NCBI GenBank assembly: GCA_036867785.1
Contig: CP145414.1
Location: 496,001 to 560,000, forward strand
DNA: 64,000 nucleotides
Direction of reading: 5' to 3'
From: Plasmodiophora brassicae
Lineage: Eukaryota
How positions within the stretch are numbered: position 1 is the first letter of the stretch; each line of letters starts with the position of its first letter. The position numbers and the translations under genes are program-made. The notes below the pieces were generated by a model that saw only the letters and a program-made list of their open reading frames with translations, ran no database searches and was not told where the DNA came from. Shown piece after piece: positions 34,662 to 47,493 of the stretch.

Positions 34662-37540
34662 ATGCTGAACCGACTCCTGGGCCGGGACTCGGCGTCACCC
34701 GCCGAAACGGAGGCAGGCCCCGATGCGCCGGCGCCTTGCACGTCTGACGACCGCCTTCGATACCTGACCATTGTCGTGGACGCCCTAGCGTCGTTCGCCA
34801 TGGCTTCCGACTGCAACGACGTCTACTTGACGTTACAAAAGCAGATCGGCGCGCTGCTCAACCCGCACCACATTCGAATCACAGCGTCGAGCGACGAACT
34901 CGACGAGAGCGTTGCCGATGACGAAGGGCTGGGGCCGACCATGCGCGAGATCTCGCCAGGGCGCATCGTCATTCGGGTCGACGTGCGCACGGGGCGCCGA
35001 TCGCAACGCGGCATCTTCGTCGAGGTCGACCTGGACGACCAGAAGATGAACGCCTGCCAGCAGGAGGCCTTGACCCGCATGGTGCAGCATGGCGCGTTGG
35101 CGTGCCGGAACCTGCGTCGCGTCGACCAGCTCGCCGAGGAAGTTCGCAGGACCACTGGCCTCCTGGAGCTGCGACGGCAGTGGCACCATGCGCGCCCCAG
35201 GCATACCAAACCCGACCAGGCCATCGACATTTTCCTGCAAGTGACACAGGTACGAGAGCCGACAGCGACATGGCCTGGTCGTCGTCTTTAACACGTGCAA
35301 CAGGGGCTGGTGCGCGCCGAGAGGATGCTGGCGTTCCTCGTCGACGTCTGCGATAACGTGCTGATCCCAGTGGCGCTGGACGCCGGGCCGAGCACCGATG
35401 CGGAGAAGGGCACGTTCCGAGCCGACAACGGCTTTCTCGGGACCGTCCTCGGCGACAAGAAGTGCATTGTTGTCAATAACGTCCAGGAGCATCGCCTGTA
35501 CAGACCCGGAATCGACCCGTTCACCGACGGGACAATGAAGCACGTTATGTGCCAGCCGGTCTTCGATCGAACCTACCAGGTGAACGCGTTCTGCAACGCT
35601 GCGATTTGTTCGACTGACTGCCGGCGTAGGTTGTCGCCCTGATTGCGGCGATCAATCGCATCGACGACGACGTCGCCAAGGACGCGATCGTGGAACCCAG
35701 GGTCGGTTTCAGGGATGCCGACTGTGAACTCCTGGAACTGTGCTGCACCGAGATGGGCGATTTCCTCGTATCGCATTTCGCCGATTCCATGGCACGTCGC
35801 GCCACGCTCCACGATATGAGCGCGTTCTCGCTGATGGATTCGTTCCTGGGAAGGTTCGTGTCGAGGATATGGTGGCAGTCATATATTCGGTGGCTGAGGC
35901 TCATGTCAGGTCGATATCGGAATCGAATGCGGGCAACAACTTAAGTAACACTGCCGCCAACGAGGACCAGGTAGCCCGTACCGGCGGCCACGAGACCGTC
36001 CCGCTACCTGTCGTCCAGCGCAAGTCGATCACGTCGAATTCCAATAGCCGGAATGGGTCGATGACGTTCCAGAAGCGCATCTCGTTGACCCAGATGACCC
36101 CGGAGCAACTCATCGAGACCATCGACTATAACGTGCGCTCCAGGGTCGCTCTGTGCGTTCGTGGACGCTAACGCTCACCCGCAGGTGTTCCTTGCTACCG
36201 AGGAGGAAATGCTGAATCTAAGTATGACGATGTACACGAACAGCGGAGCTCTCGGCAGGGTACCGGCCGCGTGTGCCTTGGCGATTACAAAGGCGATCCG
36301 GCAGAGCTATAGGGATTCCAACCCGTTCCATAACTTCCGCCACGCGTTCAACGTCATGCACATGGCGTACCTGTTCATCACGTATGCAGCATGAATGTGT
36401 AAACCCGCTGCTTCGATGCTGATTGTTGGTTCGGATAGGCACCACGAAGATGTAAGGGCCAGTTTGGGACCCGATCGGATCTTCGCCGTCATGATCGCTG
36501 CCCTTGGCCACGACATCGACCACCCGGGGCACTCGAACCAGTTCGAGATCAACACCGACTCGGAGCGTGCCCTGCGTTACAACGGGAAAGCGGTCCTGGA
36601 GAACTACCACGCTGCCTGCCTCATTAAGGTGCGTCCCGTGTCGGGATGGCTCCGATCAGGTGTCTAAGCATGCGCGTCAGATCTTACGCGAAGCGGATCC
36701 AGACCCGTTCGGACACCTGGACCCGGCCACCAAGCGCAGCATTCGTGATTCGATCATCGACGCAATCTTGGGCACTGATATGTCCCGGCACATGTCCTAC
36801 GTTCGGAAGCTGGCGTCGTTTGAGGATCGGGAAGCGCTCTTGATCCCGCAGCAGTTCGCCGACCAGAACCTCCTCATGGTATCGTGGGTGCTGCGTTCCT
36901 CCGAGGAACCTGGTCGCTGATCCGTTTACAGGAAACCATCGTGCATGCCAGCGACCTATCGGCGCAGGGTTACAATACCCAAATCGCTGTGCAATGGGAG
37001 GAACGCCTGACGGTCGAGTTCAAGCAGCAGGCAAAGAAGGAGGCCGAGATGGGCCTGCCCGTTGCCAGCATTATGGCGAACTTGGAGGACGATGCGCACA
37101 GGGCCCAGATGCAGGTTGTTTGGAACCGCATGCCAGCCACCTTGGCCCCATCGTCTGACTGTTTCTCTCAGATAAGCTTCATTGATTTCGTCCTGCGCCC
37201 GTACTGGAAGGAGGTGGCACGCCTGTTCCCGGGCGTCGCCATGGTGTACTACAACATCATCCTGCGTAGTCGTCAGTACTATACGACGCTCAAGAACGAT
37301 GGCAGAGCCGCCGCGCAAGAATATCTACAGAAGCATACGCCTCCAGGGCACTCCTCGTATTCCGGACGATGCCAAACGCTTCCAAGCATGCCCATGACGG
37401 GAGGTCGTGGCGCCAGCGCCAGCGCTGCCCTTGGCGGAGGCGACAAGGCCAACTCCGATCCCACCTCCCATATCCAGGCGCTCGAACTCCTCCGAAGCAA
37501 CCTAAACCCACGTGGATCCTGGCGATCCAACGTCAAGTAA
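34662..37540 (+). CDS. Class I cyclic nucleotide phosphodiesterase with N-terminal GAF-like region
   Basis: NPFHNFRHAFNV, AALGHDIDHPGHSNQF, AVLENYH, ILGTDMSRH, IVHASDLS, QISFIDFV; GAF-like GFLGTVL...IVVNNV......ID..T......VMCQPV. Confidence 0.9.
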
Positions 37541-37650
37541 ACCACCCTCCCGTCTTTATCGTACGAATTCGCATGATAGCAGGCGCGTACGGAGCACATG
37601 GGACCAGCACATCGAGGGCACAGTACAATGTAATGTATTGCCGGTTAGGT

Positions 37651-38221
37651 TCAGTAGGTCATCACCTTGACGAACTCGTCCTGGACGTGATCTGTGGTTA
37701 GCGCATCGAAACACGATCAAGCGGGCATCCGGTTACCCAATCCATCTGGCCGTCGCCGTTCAGGTCGGCGTCGGCGATCATGGTTGCGATTTCGTCCTCG
37801 GTGACGGCCTCGCCTAGGTTGATCAGGACCGACATGAGCTCCTGCGCGCTGATCAGCCCGTTGCCGTCCTTGTCGAAGACGATGAACGCTTCCCGAAGTT
37901 CCGCCTCGAACGTCATGTCCTTCGTGGCCGGCTTGATCATCAGGCCGCAGAACTCCTCGAAATCGATCGTTCCTGCGGTTGTACAAGTCAGCGAACTCGT
38001 TCGAAAGATTGCACCAGGGGACGCGAGCCCATGCCATCTCCGTTCTCGTCGACAGACTTCAGCATGGCGGACAGCTGCTCCTTGTTGAACGGCTTGCCGA
38101 ACTTCTTCAAGAGGACCTCGATCTCATCCAGGCTGATGCTGCCCGACTTGTCGGTGTCGATCAGCTGGAACGCCTCGCGAAGTTCGGCTTTCATGTCCTC
38201 GGTCAGGTCGGGGCCCGCCAT
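37651..38221 (-). CDS. Calmodulin-like 4-EF-hand protein
   Basis: EF loops [54 protein letters not shown] before loops 1 and 3; two introns. Confidence 0.9.
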
Positions 38222-38428
38222 CGTCGCCGCCGACGATCGCGCGCAACCGGGCGGCAATCGGCGCGAATCTCAGGGGGGCGCGGCCGCTGAATATCTGACA
38301 TGGCATACCACATTGAAATATCCCGTTCAAACGGCGCTGGAAATCGAAACGGGTGCTGGAGGAGACGGTGGGTTTATTGTGGTCGATTCGCCGCTGCACT
38401 AACAGTTGGCGCGGGCATGTTTCGGTGA

Positions 38429-39334
38429 TCACACGCGACGTCGCTGGCCAACGTCGCTGAACCACGACCGGATGAAGAACAGTTGCAGACTGCTGAGCGA
38501 TATGAGGATGATGGCCTTGCTAATGGCCAGCCATTGCACGCGCGAGTTCGTGCTCTCTTGCGCTGTGTCCGACACGTGAGACGACAGCGCAGAGCAGCCG
38601 GGTGAAATGGGACGTACTGTCTCTATGGAGCTGTTCACGAATGCGGAGGTGGTGCTGTATCCGCTCGATGGCGTCCAGCTCTTCAGAAACTTTGATGACG
38701 CTATCGACGACGGGACCCAGGTGCTCGAGCTTCGCGTTCTCGATCGTATCTTTCGGTGACGAGCTCTTGACAGCAAAGCTGATCACAGAACACTGAATAC
38801 AATCGGAGGCAACGTCCGGGCCACACCCCCGCAGCTATACCTGACCACCTTCGCCGTCCAGCGGGACATCACGTTATTGAAGCAGATGGAGTGGACACCG
38901 GGCTGGACAACGTCAAGAACGATGTGGCCAAGTTTCTCGTTCGCCGCATCGTCCTCGCGATTGAAGAAGGAAACCTGCCCCTGGGTCAGAACGGGCGGCT
39001 GCCTCGGCGGCAGACGACGACAGTACCTTGTCGTACAGCGGGGTCGACGGTCCACTGATGACAAGTCGGATATCAAGCAGACCGCCACGAATCACCTCGT
39101 AATCCATCTCCAGCTTGGCGCCTTGCTCGAACTCCTCATAGAAACACTCTGCAGACGACAGGCATCAGCGCGCGCGCTCGCGCCCCATCTCGTCCACCCA
39201 CGCCCCGACGCACCCTCCGCCTTGGGCTCCACCTGCAGCGTCAGCGCCGACCACGACCACGACTGCGCCCGCCCCACCCCCGCGACAACGCACAGGACGA
39301 ACACCCTGGCGATTAGATGCGCCGTCGCCGCCAT
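38429..39334 (-). CDS. p24/emp24/TMED GOLD-domain cargo receptor
   Basis: Signal peptide, ALTLQVEPK, YEVIRGGLLDI, GVHSICFNNVMSRWTAKV, RIREQLHRD, ESTNSRVQW, transmembrane segment and tail FFIRSWFSDVGQRRRV. Confidence 0.9.
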
Positions 39335-39768
39335 CGACGATGCTGCTCCAATTGACAGTGCCCACGGCCATTTCCGTGGTCTCTTTTTTTGTTGTTGCTG
39401 ACCTGCCTTTCCCCCCGCGTTTTGGGCATGGTCCTTGCACTGATGACGACCCGGTCACGCTGCGGGCTGCACGTACTGTGCAGGACGGGCCCCTCCAGAA
39501 GTGAGTGTTTATCTCCTCCGACCCCGGCAGCGCTATCCGCATGTGACCCAAGCAGCGCAAAATGCAGTCAGGTGAACCCGATCGGGGCGAGGCAGGGCGA
39601 GGCGGGGCGGGACACTGAGGTCTGGCGTTTGACCTGGGTGTCGTCGGGCAGTGTCGCAGGACGGGTCTGGAGCGAACCGGACGCTGGCGGCAGGATCCGG
39701 CGGGAGCGTCGTGATTCGTAGCGGATCCCGTCGCTGACACCGAAAAAGGGTGGGCGGTGCGCGTGCGC

Positions 39769-42700
39769 ATGGCGGCTGACGATGTGGACGATATGGACGT
39801 GCTGGTTCGGATGGCGGAGAACCATGAGGATGAGGATGATGCGGATGCGCTGCTGAGGGAGTTCTGCCCGCTGGACTATGGTCGGAAGGCGTGCGCGTCG
39901 CGACGGTCCACGATCTGATTGGGTGGTGCCCGTACGAAGGGGACGATGTGGAGACATCGACTAGTCGGAAGCGACTCGAGTTCAGCTCGCCTATACGTCC
40001 ACATGAACCGCGGTCTGTCCTGGTTGAGAAACGCCCGAGGATCGACGAGCAAGCGAAGGATCCCGACGGACCTGTGATCCGAACCCTGGACTTGAGGCCC
40101 GTTGCATCCGACGAACCAATGCTGGCTGACAGTCCAGGCGCCGACACCATGGACGAAGACATACCCGACGAATGCGCCATGGATTCGTCAACGAATGTCC
40201 CGAATGAGAACCTGTCGGTAGCGTTATTCATGCTCGACGTCGTGGTGTACCTGGGTAATAATTGGCTGTCACGACCCTGTGCAGAGGGCGATCTTTGGCG
40301 GCTCTGAAGTGCATGCCCGTGTCTGGGTCGTTCGTCTCTATGGTGGCCACCGACATGTCGGGAGATGGTACGCTGCAACGCCATCGTTAAGCAATGCCCC
40401 CCTGATCTCTGTCCGTTTAGACTGTCGACTGTATCTGAGGAGGGCGTCTGCAGAAGCGTGCAGGTCCCGGATTAAACTTGACGCTGCGAGGCGCCTAGGT
40501 TTCGTTATCGGAGGTGGACAACGAGCTATGCTTCTGAAAGAACCTGTCGACGTGCTGCTGGACAGGATCGAAGAACGAGTAACTTCACGAGCACCGGTGC
40601 CGCGGATCCCTTTGTGTAACTCGTTCGATCTAGAAAATTGATCAGGGTGTTCGCGACGCGGAACAGAGCGGAATTGTGCCTGCCAGCAGGCCGAAGTCGC
40701 AATCACGAGACCCGCTATGGGTTAGCAAGTACCAGCCGCAGGCGTTTCTCGAGCTGATATCGGATTCGGTAATATCCAGTACTGTTTAAGAATTCTGAGA
40801 TGTGCGACTAACTACCAGTTCGCTAAGAAAATCAATCGCGAAGTTTTACAATGGGTGCAAGCTTGGGACCCCGTTGTATTCGACCGGGCGCCTAGAGCGT
40901 CGCCATCGGCTGCGTCGCCTGCAGGGAAGCCTCCACTGTCACAGAAACGATCATCCCCGTTCCCCAGCCACGTGTGTTGAGTTGAGCGCTCCGCTGCTGC
41001 TCAGACGTCCCTGACTATGGACGACAGAATCGGTCTGAAAGTTCGACACCTGGAAGACATGGGAAAGGCGCTCGACCGCCGCCATGGATACCCCATAACC
41101 CAGGTCTTCAGCGAGGCCCTAGTCAAAGTGCTGATGACCATAGGCCCTGGCCTCGTATTCTTCTCCTTGCAGGTCAGATTTGTCGACGCTGTGTTGCGGT
41201 TGCGAACGCCCTCATCAATTCGTCTTCCATAGGGCCTCCTGGATGTGGTAAGACAACACTAGCTCATATTTGCGCCAAGAAAGGTATCAGTCTTCCCAAC
41301 TGTTCGTTGATCGTGCATCTCGTATACTAATTTCCCGTTACACAGCTGGTTACAACGTTTTCGAGATCAACGCAAGCGACGATAGGTAGCGTGATCATTG
41401 ACGTAGTGGTCGCCTCCTAGTAAATGCCCTCTGCTCCTACAAAGGTCTGGAGCCAAGCTCCGGCAGCAGATTACTATGGCAGTGTCGATGCAACCTCTGT
41501 CAGTGCCGGGTCGTCCGGACTCGGGCAAGCCGAACTTAATCGTTATCGATGAGATTGATGGTATCGTCAACCATGGGCCATACTACGAGCGATTCTGATT
41601 TCATCCTCGTTTAGGTGCAGCCGACAGTGACGCGGTTCGTGATATTATCGACATTGCGAATGATCATGTCGATCTTAAAGTACCCGGCCGTCGTGCACCG
41701 ACGGCCTCTCCTCATCGGCTCCAACGACCAATTATCTGCATCTGCAATGACCTGTTTGCCAAGGTGCTGCGCCCACTTCGGCCCATTGCGCTTGTTTACA
41801 GGTCCCCTTTGAGTCGTCTCCACGTGTCGCAGTAAGTTGATTGATGCGTCCAGGCTCTCACCTCCGACGACGTCAGCCCTGTGTGCGAGGGCGTCCGCGA
41901 TATGCTTGAAAGAGAATCTCAAGATCAGCAATGCCGCTCTCAGATACATTTGCGAGCTTTCCAACAATGATCTGCGATCAGTTCTGCAGTCGCTGCAACT
42001 GGTTGCGCTCAGAGGTACGTCTCGTTCCAACGTTTGTTGCTGACAACCAGCAATTAACATTGAGGGTTCTCAGGCCGCTCAGGGAAACCGTTGTCACGTG
42101 ATGACATCAAGGATATTGTCGCCAGTAGCAAAGACACGAGCAGCGATTTGCTGACCGTACTAAAGCTGCTGCTCCAGCTGGTAATGTTCCGTTTGGGTAC
42201 ACTGGTCACCTCTGACCCGATCATGATGTTCTCTAGGGCACCAGTCTTGACCGTGTTCTGGCGTGTGTATCGGCGTTCGACGATACAGCAAGGCTCGTCG
42301 ATGGCGCTTTCGAGAGCTATGTAGCCATGCCCTATAGTGACCCAACCCTTGACAAGGTCTTTGTGTCGCGGCGTACTTTGAATCAACGACGTTTAACAGA
42401 GCAGTCTAGACGAGCTGCGCGGCGGATTGGTTCAGTGTCGACGATGCTCTTTCGACGCAGATCCTGTCTCGTCAGCAATACTCGCTGGGCGGGTATTCGG
42501 GCATGTCGTGTGCTGCAGCTCACATCTTCTGCCGAGTTCGTACTGTACGTGATTCGCTGTCGCTACCGTTTCCTGCGTCTGACAAGTTGGTTCAAGGTTC
42601 CCAAGATCCCGTTTCCGAAGGAAGCGTTCGAGTACCGGCGGAATCGTGCAGAGCGACTGTAACTTGCCTCTTTCAACGTGAACGCTCACGCTTACTTTCA

Positions 42701-43410
42701 ATATTGGCTCAGTGATGTTCTAAGCCGGTTCTTGTCGTCGTGCCACCATCGCTACACGGAGACGGTTTCGGCGACCGACCTCATCCCCTACTTGACGACG
42801 ATCGTTACGCCACGGTCGGTCCGCGTATTGGCGGTACCGTTTGTTCGAGTCACTCAACGTCTGGGCTACAGGTGCCTGCGCGCCGGGCCAGTTGTAGGCA
42901 CTCTCGTTAGTGCAGAGGATGCCAAGCTAGTCGATCGTGTTGTCCGCGTCATGTTGCATTATGGCTTATCGTACAGCCCGGTCACAAGTCAGACCAAAGG
43001 CGAGGTACGTTGCTTTCAAGCGGTTCGATATCCCTATGCCAATCTAACACACGTTTCAGACAACACTACAGCTTTCTCCAAACATCGACCTCCTATGCAC
43101 GTTCACCGCAGCTGAAGGAAGCATCGCACGCTATTCGATGCCTTTGCAGTGGCAGCAACGGATTGCCCAAGCGGTAGATGCCCACCTAGCTACTTCCACG
43201 ACCGCACCGGTAGAACAGCCGGCAGCGCCGCCGGCTGTTGCTGCCCCTCCGGCAAACCCGAAACCGAAAGCTTGGGCAGGATCGTTCCTTAAGGACGGGG
43301 AGTCACGTGCTGCGGCGTCCAGGCAGAACGTTATTCGCTTTCACCATAACGAGGGGTTCACTCAAGCGGTTCGCAGGCCTGTCAAGATTCACGATTTCCT
43401 CAAGCGTTGA
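39769..43410 (+). CDS. CTF18: Chromosome transmission fidelity factor 18 (RFC-like AAA+ clamp loader subunit)
   Basis: Spliced Walker A LLLAG/PPGCGKTT, AGYNVFEINASDDR, PNLIVIDEIDG, SNNDLRS, and C-terminal RFHHNEGFTQAVRRPVKIHDFL typical of CTF18. Confidence 0.88.
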
Positions 43411-43607
43411 TTATACAGTGTGAATACTTGTGGCAACGTTCTCTGGAGTAGTCCTCCAGTCGCAAAACTATGCTGATGGTTTCATCTGTGCAGATGAACC
43501 CCAACCCCATTATAGTACCATGGTATTGGAACGGCTCGGACCAGGATGTCATACAATAGAATCCTCTCTGTATTCTATATGAGTACGTAAGTACTTTGAT
43601 ACGAAGC

Positions 43608-46287
43608 CTAAGCAGCCCGGGCCTGGTTCTTTGCATCAGCCTGGTTCTCGGACGAAGGATCCTCCGCCGGATCTCCTTCACCATCGTTCTGGGCAGATTC
43701 GATGGTTGCAGACGAAGCGAGGGCGGCTGCTAAAGCAATATCTTCGCCACCAAACACTACATTCGTTGGTTCAGAATCGAACTTCCTTGCAGACAGTACC
43801 ACTGGACCCACCTTTCCGGACCTCATTATCGAACGAACTTTCAGGAGCTGGCGTGACGGTGCCGCTGCTTGGAACGCTGCCGACGCTGCTCGCCAAATCG
43901 TCGAGTACAGATGACGATCGCTCATCGACGGTGTCCCCAGATGGACAATGAGGATCCGTATCATTCTTCAAGGTTGGTTGAACGCGGACTGGAGAAATTA
44001 AGACTTCCGACTGCGATCGAGACAACTCAGGAATGAACGACAGCAGCGAATCCTCATTTGCGTGCCTAAAGGCATGAGAATGTTCCAACCTGGCACGGAG
44101 AGGATCAGTTCACCGAAGCATGCTCACCGGATAGATCTGCGATACATACGAGATTGGGAGGACCTCAGATGAGGGGTCACCAGTTGAGCCTGTTTCAGAC
44201 AACTGCTGCCTTCGGCGGATCTCGTCACCAGTGAGGGCGCCTTGCGACAGCAGGAACTGGGCTGTGTTGTGGTGTCGTCCAGCCAAAGCGTCGTCAAGCG
44301 GGGTGCGGCCCCAACGATCCATTGGAGACAGGACCGTCTCGTCCGGAACGGACGACAGAGAGCCATCCTTATCATCTTCAGCTGCGCCCAGTAACGATGC
44401 TACAATGTAGCGAACACATTCCAGGGAACCTTCCGCGCAACTCAAATGCAGCGCGGTTCTGTGACATTGGATTTAGTTTCCAGGATACGCGTTCAAACGT
44501 CTGGTACCATACCTCGAATCGTAGTCGGAAACGTCAAGAGCCACCCCTCGCCCAATCAGCCTTTGCATCTCCTTGATGTCACCGGCCGCGGCAGCGAAGA
44601 GCAGAGCGACGGTGTCGGCTGTTCGCTGCCTCGGGTCACGAATATTAGTCTCGGACCCAAACTGTACGAGCAACTCAGAAATGGCAACAATGACACATGA
44701 TGGGCAGAGACGGACCTCTTTGCTCGTCACAATGGAATCGAACATGTGGAAACGGAAGCGCGCAACAATCGACTGTGCGTACTGCACACCACGCGCCGAG
44801 TTGAAGTTGGCATCCAGACGAGGGCTATAGATGGCGATTCCCATCAGGTTAGGAATGACGAGATAGACAACACCAGAGACCTGGGAGGCAACGTCAGCTA
44901 AATCGGACGGCGCTCCCATGCGCAATGTTCCAACCCCTGATTTTGCAGGAACGCCAACAGAGAACTGCCATTCGCCACTGTAATCGTACATGCCTGCACA
45001 TAAACTATGAGTTCGTCATCATCGGGCAGGACGGCATGGGCGCGCATACCAGTACTCAGCATCAAGGACAGGCAGTTGCGGACCGTCTCCGATTTGAAGA
45101 TTCTCTCGTCCGTAAACGGGTTGACGCCGCCGGCGGCCAGTGCCGCAGCCAGCGTGGCCATGCGTTCCGTGTCCGCCTCGATGGCGCACGTTTGGAAGTA
45201 GAAGTCAAGCGTTTGCTTCAGATTGGTTTCCGATGGGAAGCAGCCCGCGTCCTGCATCATGTATGTCAGGCACCAGTTGCGAGAAGCGGTTTCTTTCTCG
45301 CTTAAGTAAGTAGAGTTGGAGAAATCGGGCTTTTTGTCTCCAAATAACTTCTTCCAAACAGAAAGCAAAGACTTGAAACGTTTCGACATAGACTGTTGGT
45401 TCTCCATCAGCAAGGCGCAGATCATGATGGCACCGCTGTTGATCATCGTGTTGTGTGGGATGGCGCGCGGTCCGTTCTTGAACCTGGACGGGTCCACTGC
45501 CTTCAGGGCAAGCGAGTTGAACGGCAGACCAGACGGCTCACGACCAACATGCTGATGCACATAGTCCAGCCTGTCCGGCATGCGGGTTAGATCCAACGTA
45601 CTCTCCACACAGGTACACTATCGTACCCTTTTTCCTGGACCGCCATCATGTACGAAATAGGCTTAGCGGTCGACTGAACCGTGAACAAAGCGGTATGATC
45701 TCCATGCGCTATCCACATACAATCAGTCTGGAGGAAATCGAACCGCACCGACTATGCAACTTACACCACGTTTGGCCATCGACAGTACAGACGGAGATGG
45801 CAAACTTGTCCGGATCGACACTCTTCAGTTCGGGAATATATTCTGCGACGTTGCCGGATCGGTTCTCGACAATCACGTCGAACATGTCAGCGAGTTTCTC
45901 GGTGAACCCGACGAAATCGGGGACGACCAGCATGCCCGAGATGGCTTTGTGGATCAGTGTGATGTTCGCGTGCGTAACCTGAGCGAACACTTCAAGATCG
46001 AGCTCGACATTGAAAAGGACGCCGTTCAGCTCCTGCAGTTTCTCGTAGGTCTCCGCCAGGCGCGGATCCTTGTCGATATGGATGCCAGCCGTCCTTAGGT
46101 GATCAATAAGCTGGAGCGACCCGATGCGACCAGTACTGTCTACGTCAAGGGCCTGGAACGTCAACGCGACCGGTCGCGAAATGCGCTTCTTGCGGCACTG
46201 CTCCATGCCACGGGCGTCGCTGCTGGGCGCACCCCAGAACTCATTATCCGTCCCCGAACGAACGCGCATGCAGACCCTGTAGGACAT
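43608..46287 (-). CDS. GLS: Glutaminase with N-terminal EF-hand-like region and C-terminal ankyrin repeats
   Basis: GNVAEYIPEL, FAISVCTVDGQ, catalytic [57 protein letters not shown].RG; ankyrins LLFAAA.GD, DYDSR, DRWGRTPLDDA. Confidence 0.93.
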
Positions 46288-47493
46288 GTCAATGACCCTG
46301 GAGGCGCGATCCGCGTTGCCGCTGGCGCGTACGCACCAGTTCCTGCTGTGATACCGCCGCTACTAGACAATCGCTCGTACCGCCGCCGAACCAACGCGAT
46401 TGACAATGAAGGAGACCGGTCTACCCGCGCACTAATTTAGCGACCCAGTTGCGCTTTATATAGATTGTCGCCCATGTCTCGGAGTTGCCGCGCGCGACAA
46501 TGCGTGACAGTGAGACGAGGCCGAGCCCGCAGTTTCCACCACCCCTCAGGATCAGAACGTTACACTGGCCACTGGGAATAATCTCGGACTTGTTTGCGCA
46601 CGTGCACGAGAATAGGTCGGGGAGCAACCGGAATTTTGCTGACGGATTCGAACGCTTGGCGATTTTTGGCGTCTCTGGTCATCAAGCTCGAGCCAAGGGG
46701 AGCCTGCGTCGCCTTCCTGCACGCAGGAACCGCTACAGGCGACGGCAATGCTGACCGTATAATAGACGAGGTTGCTCGAACTGCTGATTCTGGGGTGGTA
46801 GTCCATCCACTTTATTTGCAGTATACGTCCGAATCAGCGCTCCTTATCTATCCCCGTGCATTATACGCCAATGGAAATGCTCGGCGGACTCGTTTGCGTG
46901 AAAGTGATCAGAGAGTCCAAGCGTGAAATGGACGCGACCTGCCCTCGCAGGGTACTACCCTTTCTGCCGGTTGGATCCCATACCGTGCGCCACGAATTCC
47001 GTGAGACGCCGAGAAGGTTCTCAAGCTCGGGCTATTTATGGTACGGTACCGTATGCCGCAGCGCATGCCAGTCAGTCGACGATAGTTGGGAAGAAACCAT
47101 TATCGAAATGGGAAGCTTGACCCTGTGCTAGTACGACACGTACTACGTGCATGACTGCGTTGGGTCTCTATACGGGTGCCAGAACGCGCCCTGTTGGCGA
47201 CGCTGCGCAACGGCTCATGGTTCGTTCGTTAGGCACAACAGCGCCACATAACCACAGAGTACGAATGCCGAAATGTCGATGAGGGTTCGTGACATGCGAG
47301 GTCTAGGGGCCTGTTCACTGTTCGGTTTCGGCGCTACGCCAAGGTTCGGCACGGCTGGTCGCTGTCGTGATCATGCGCCCCCGTCTGGAAAAACAGGGGC
47401 CCATCCGGATCGGTGTCACCAGTTGATAAAGTGCTGGTCCCGCAGCTTGAAAACGTCTCGGCACATCGTGACCAATAGGGGTAGGCATCTTCC

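Noticed and set aside
46300-47490. Possible RNA gene or ORF in the long gap between glutaminase and the LtrA-like gene
   Set aside because: No tRNA/rRNA/snRNA hallmark or convincing ORF recognised; likely a divergent promoter and UTR region.
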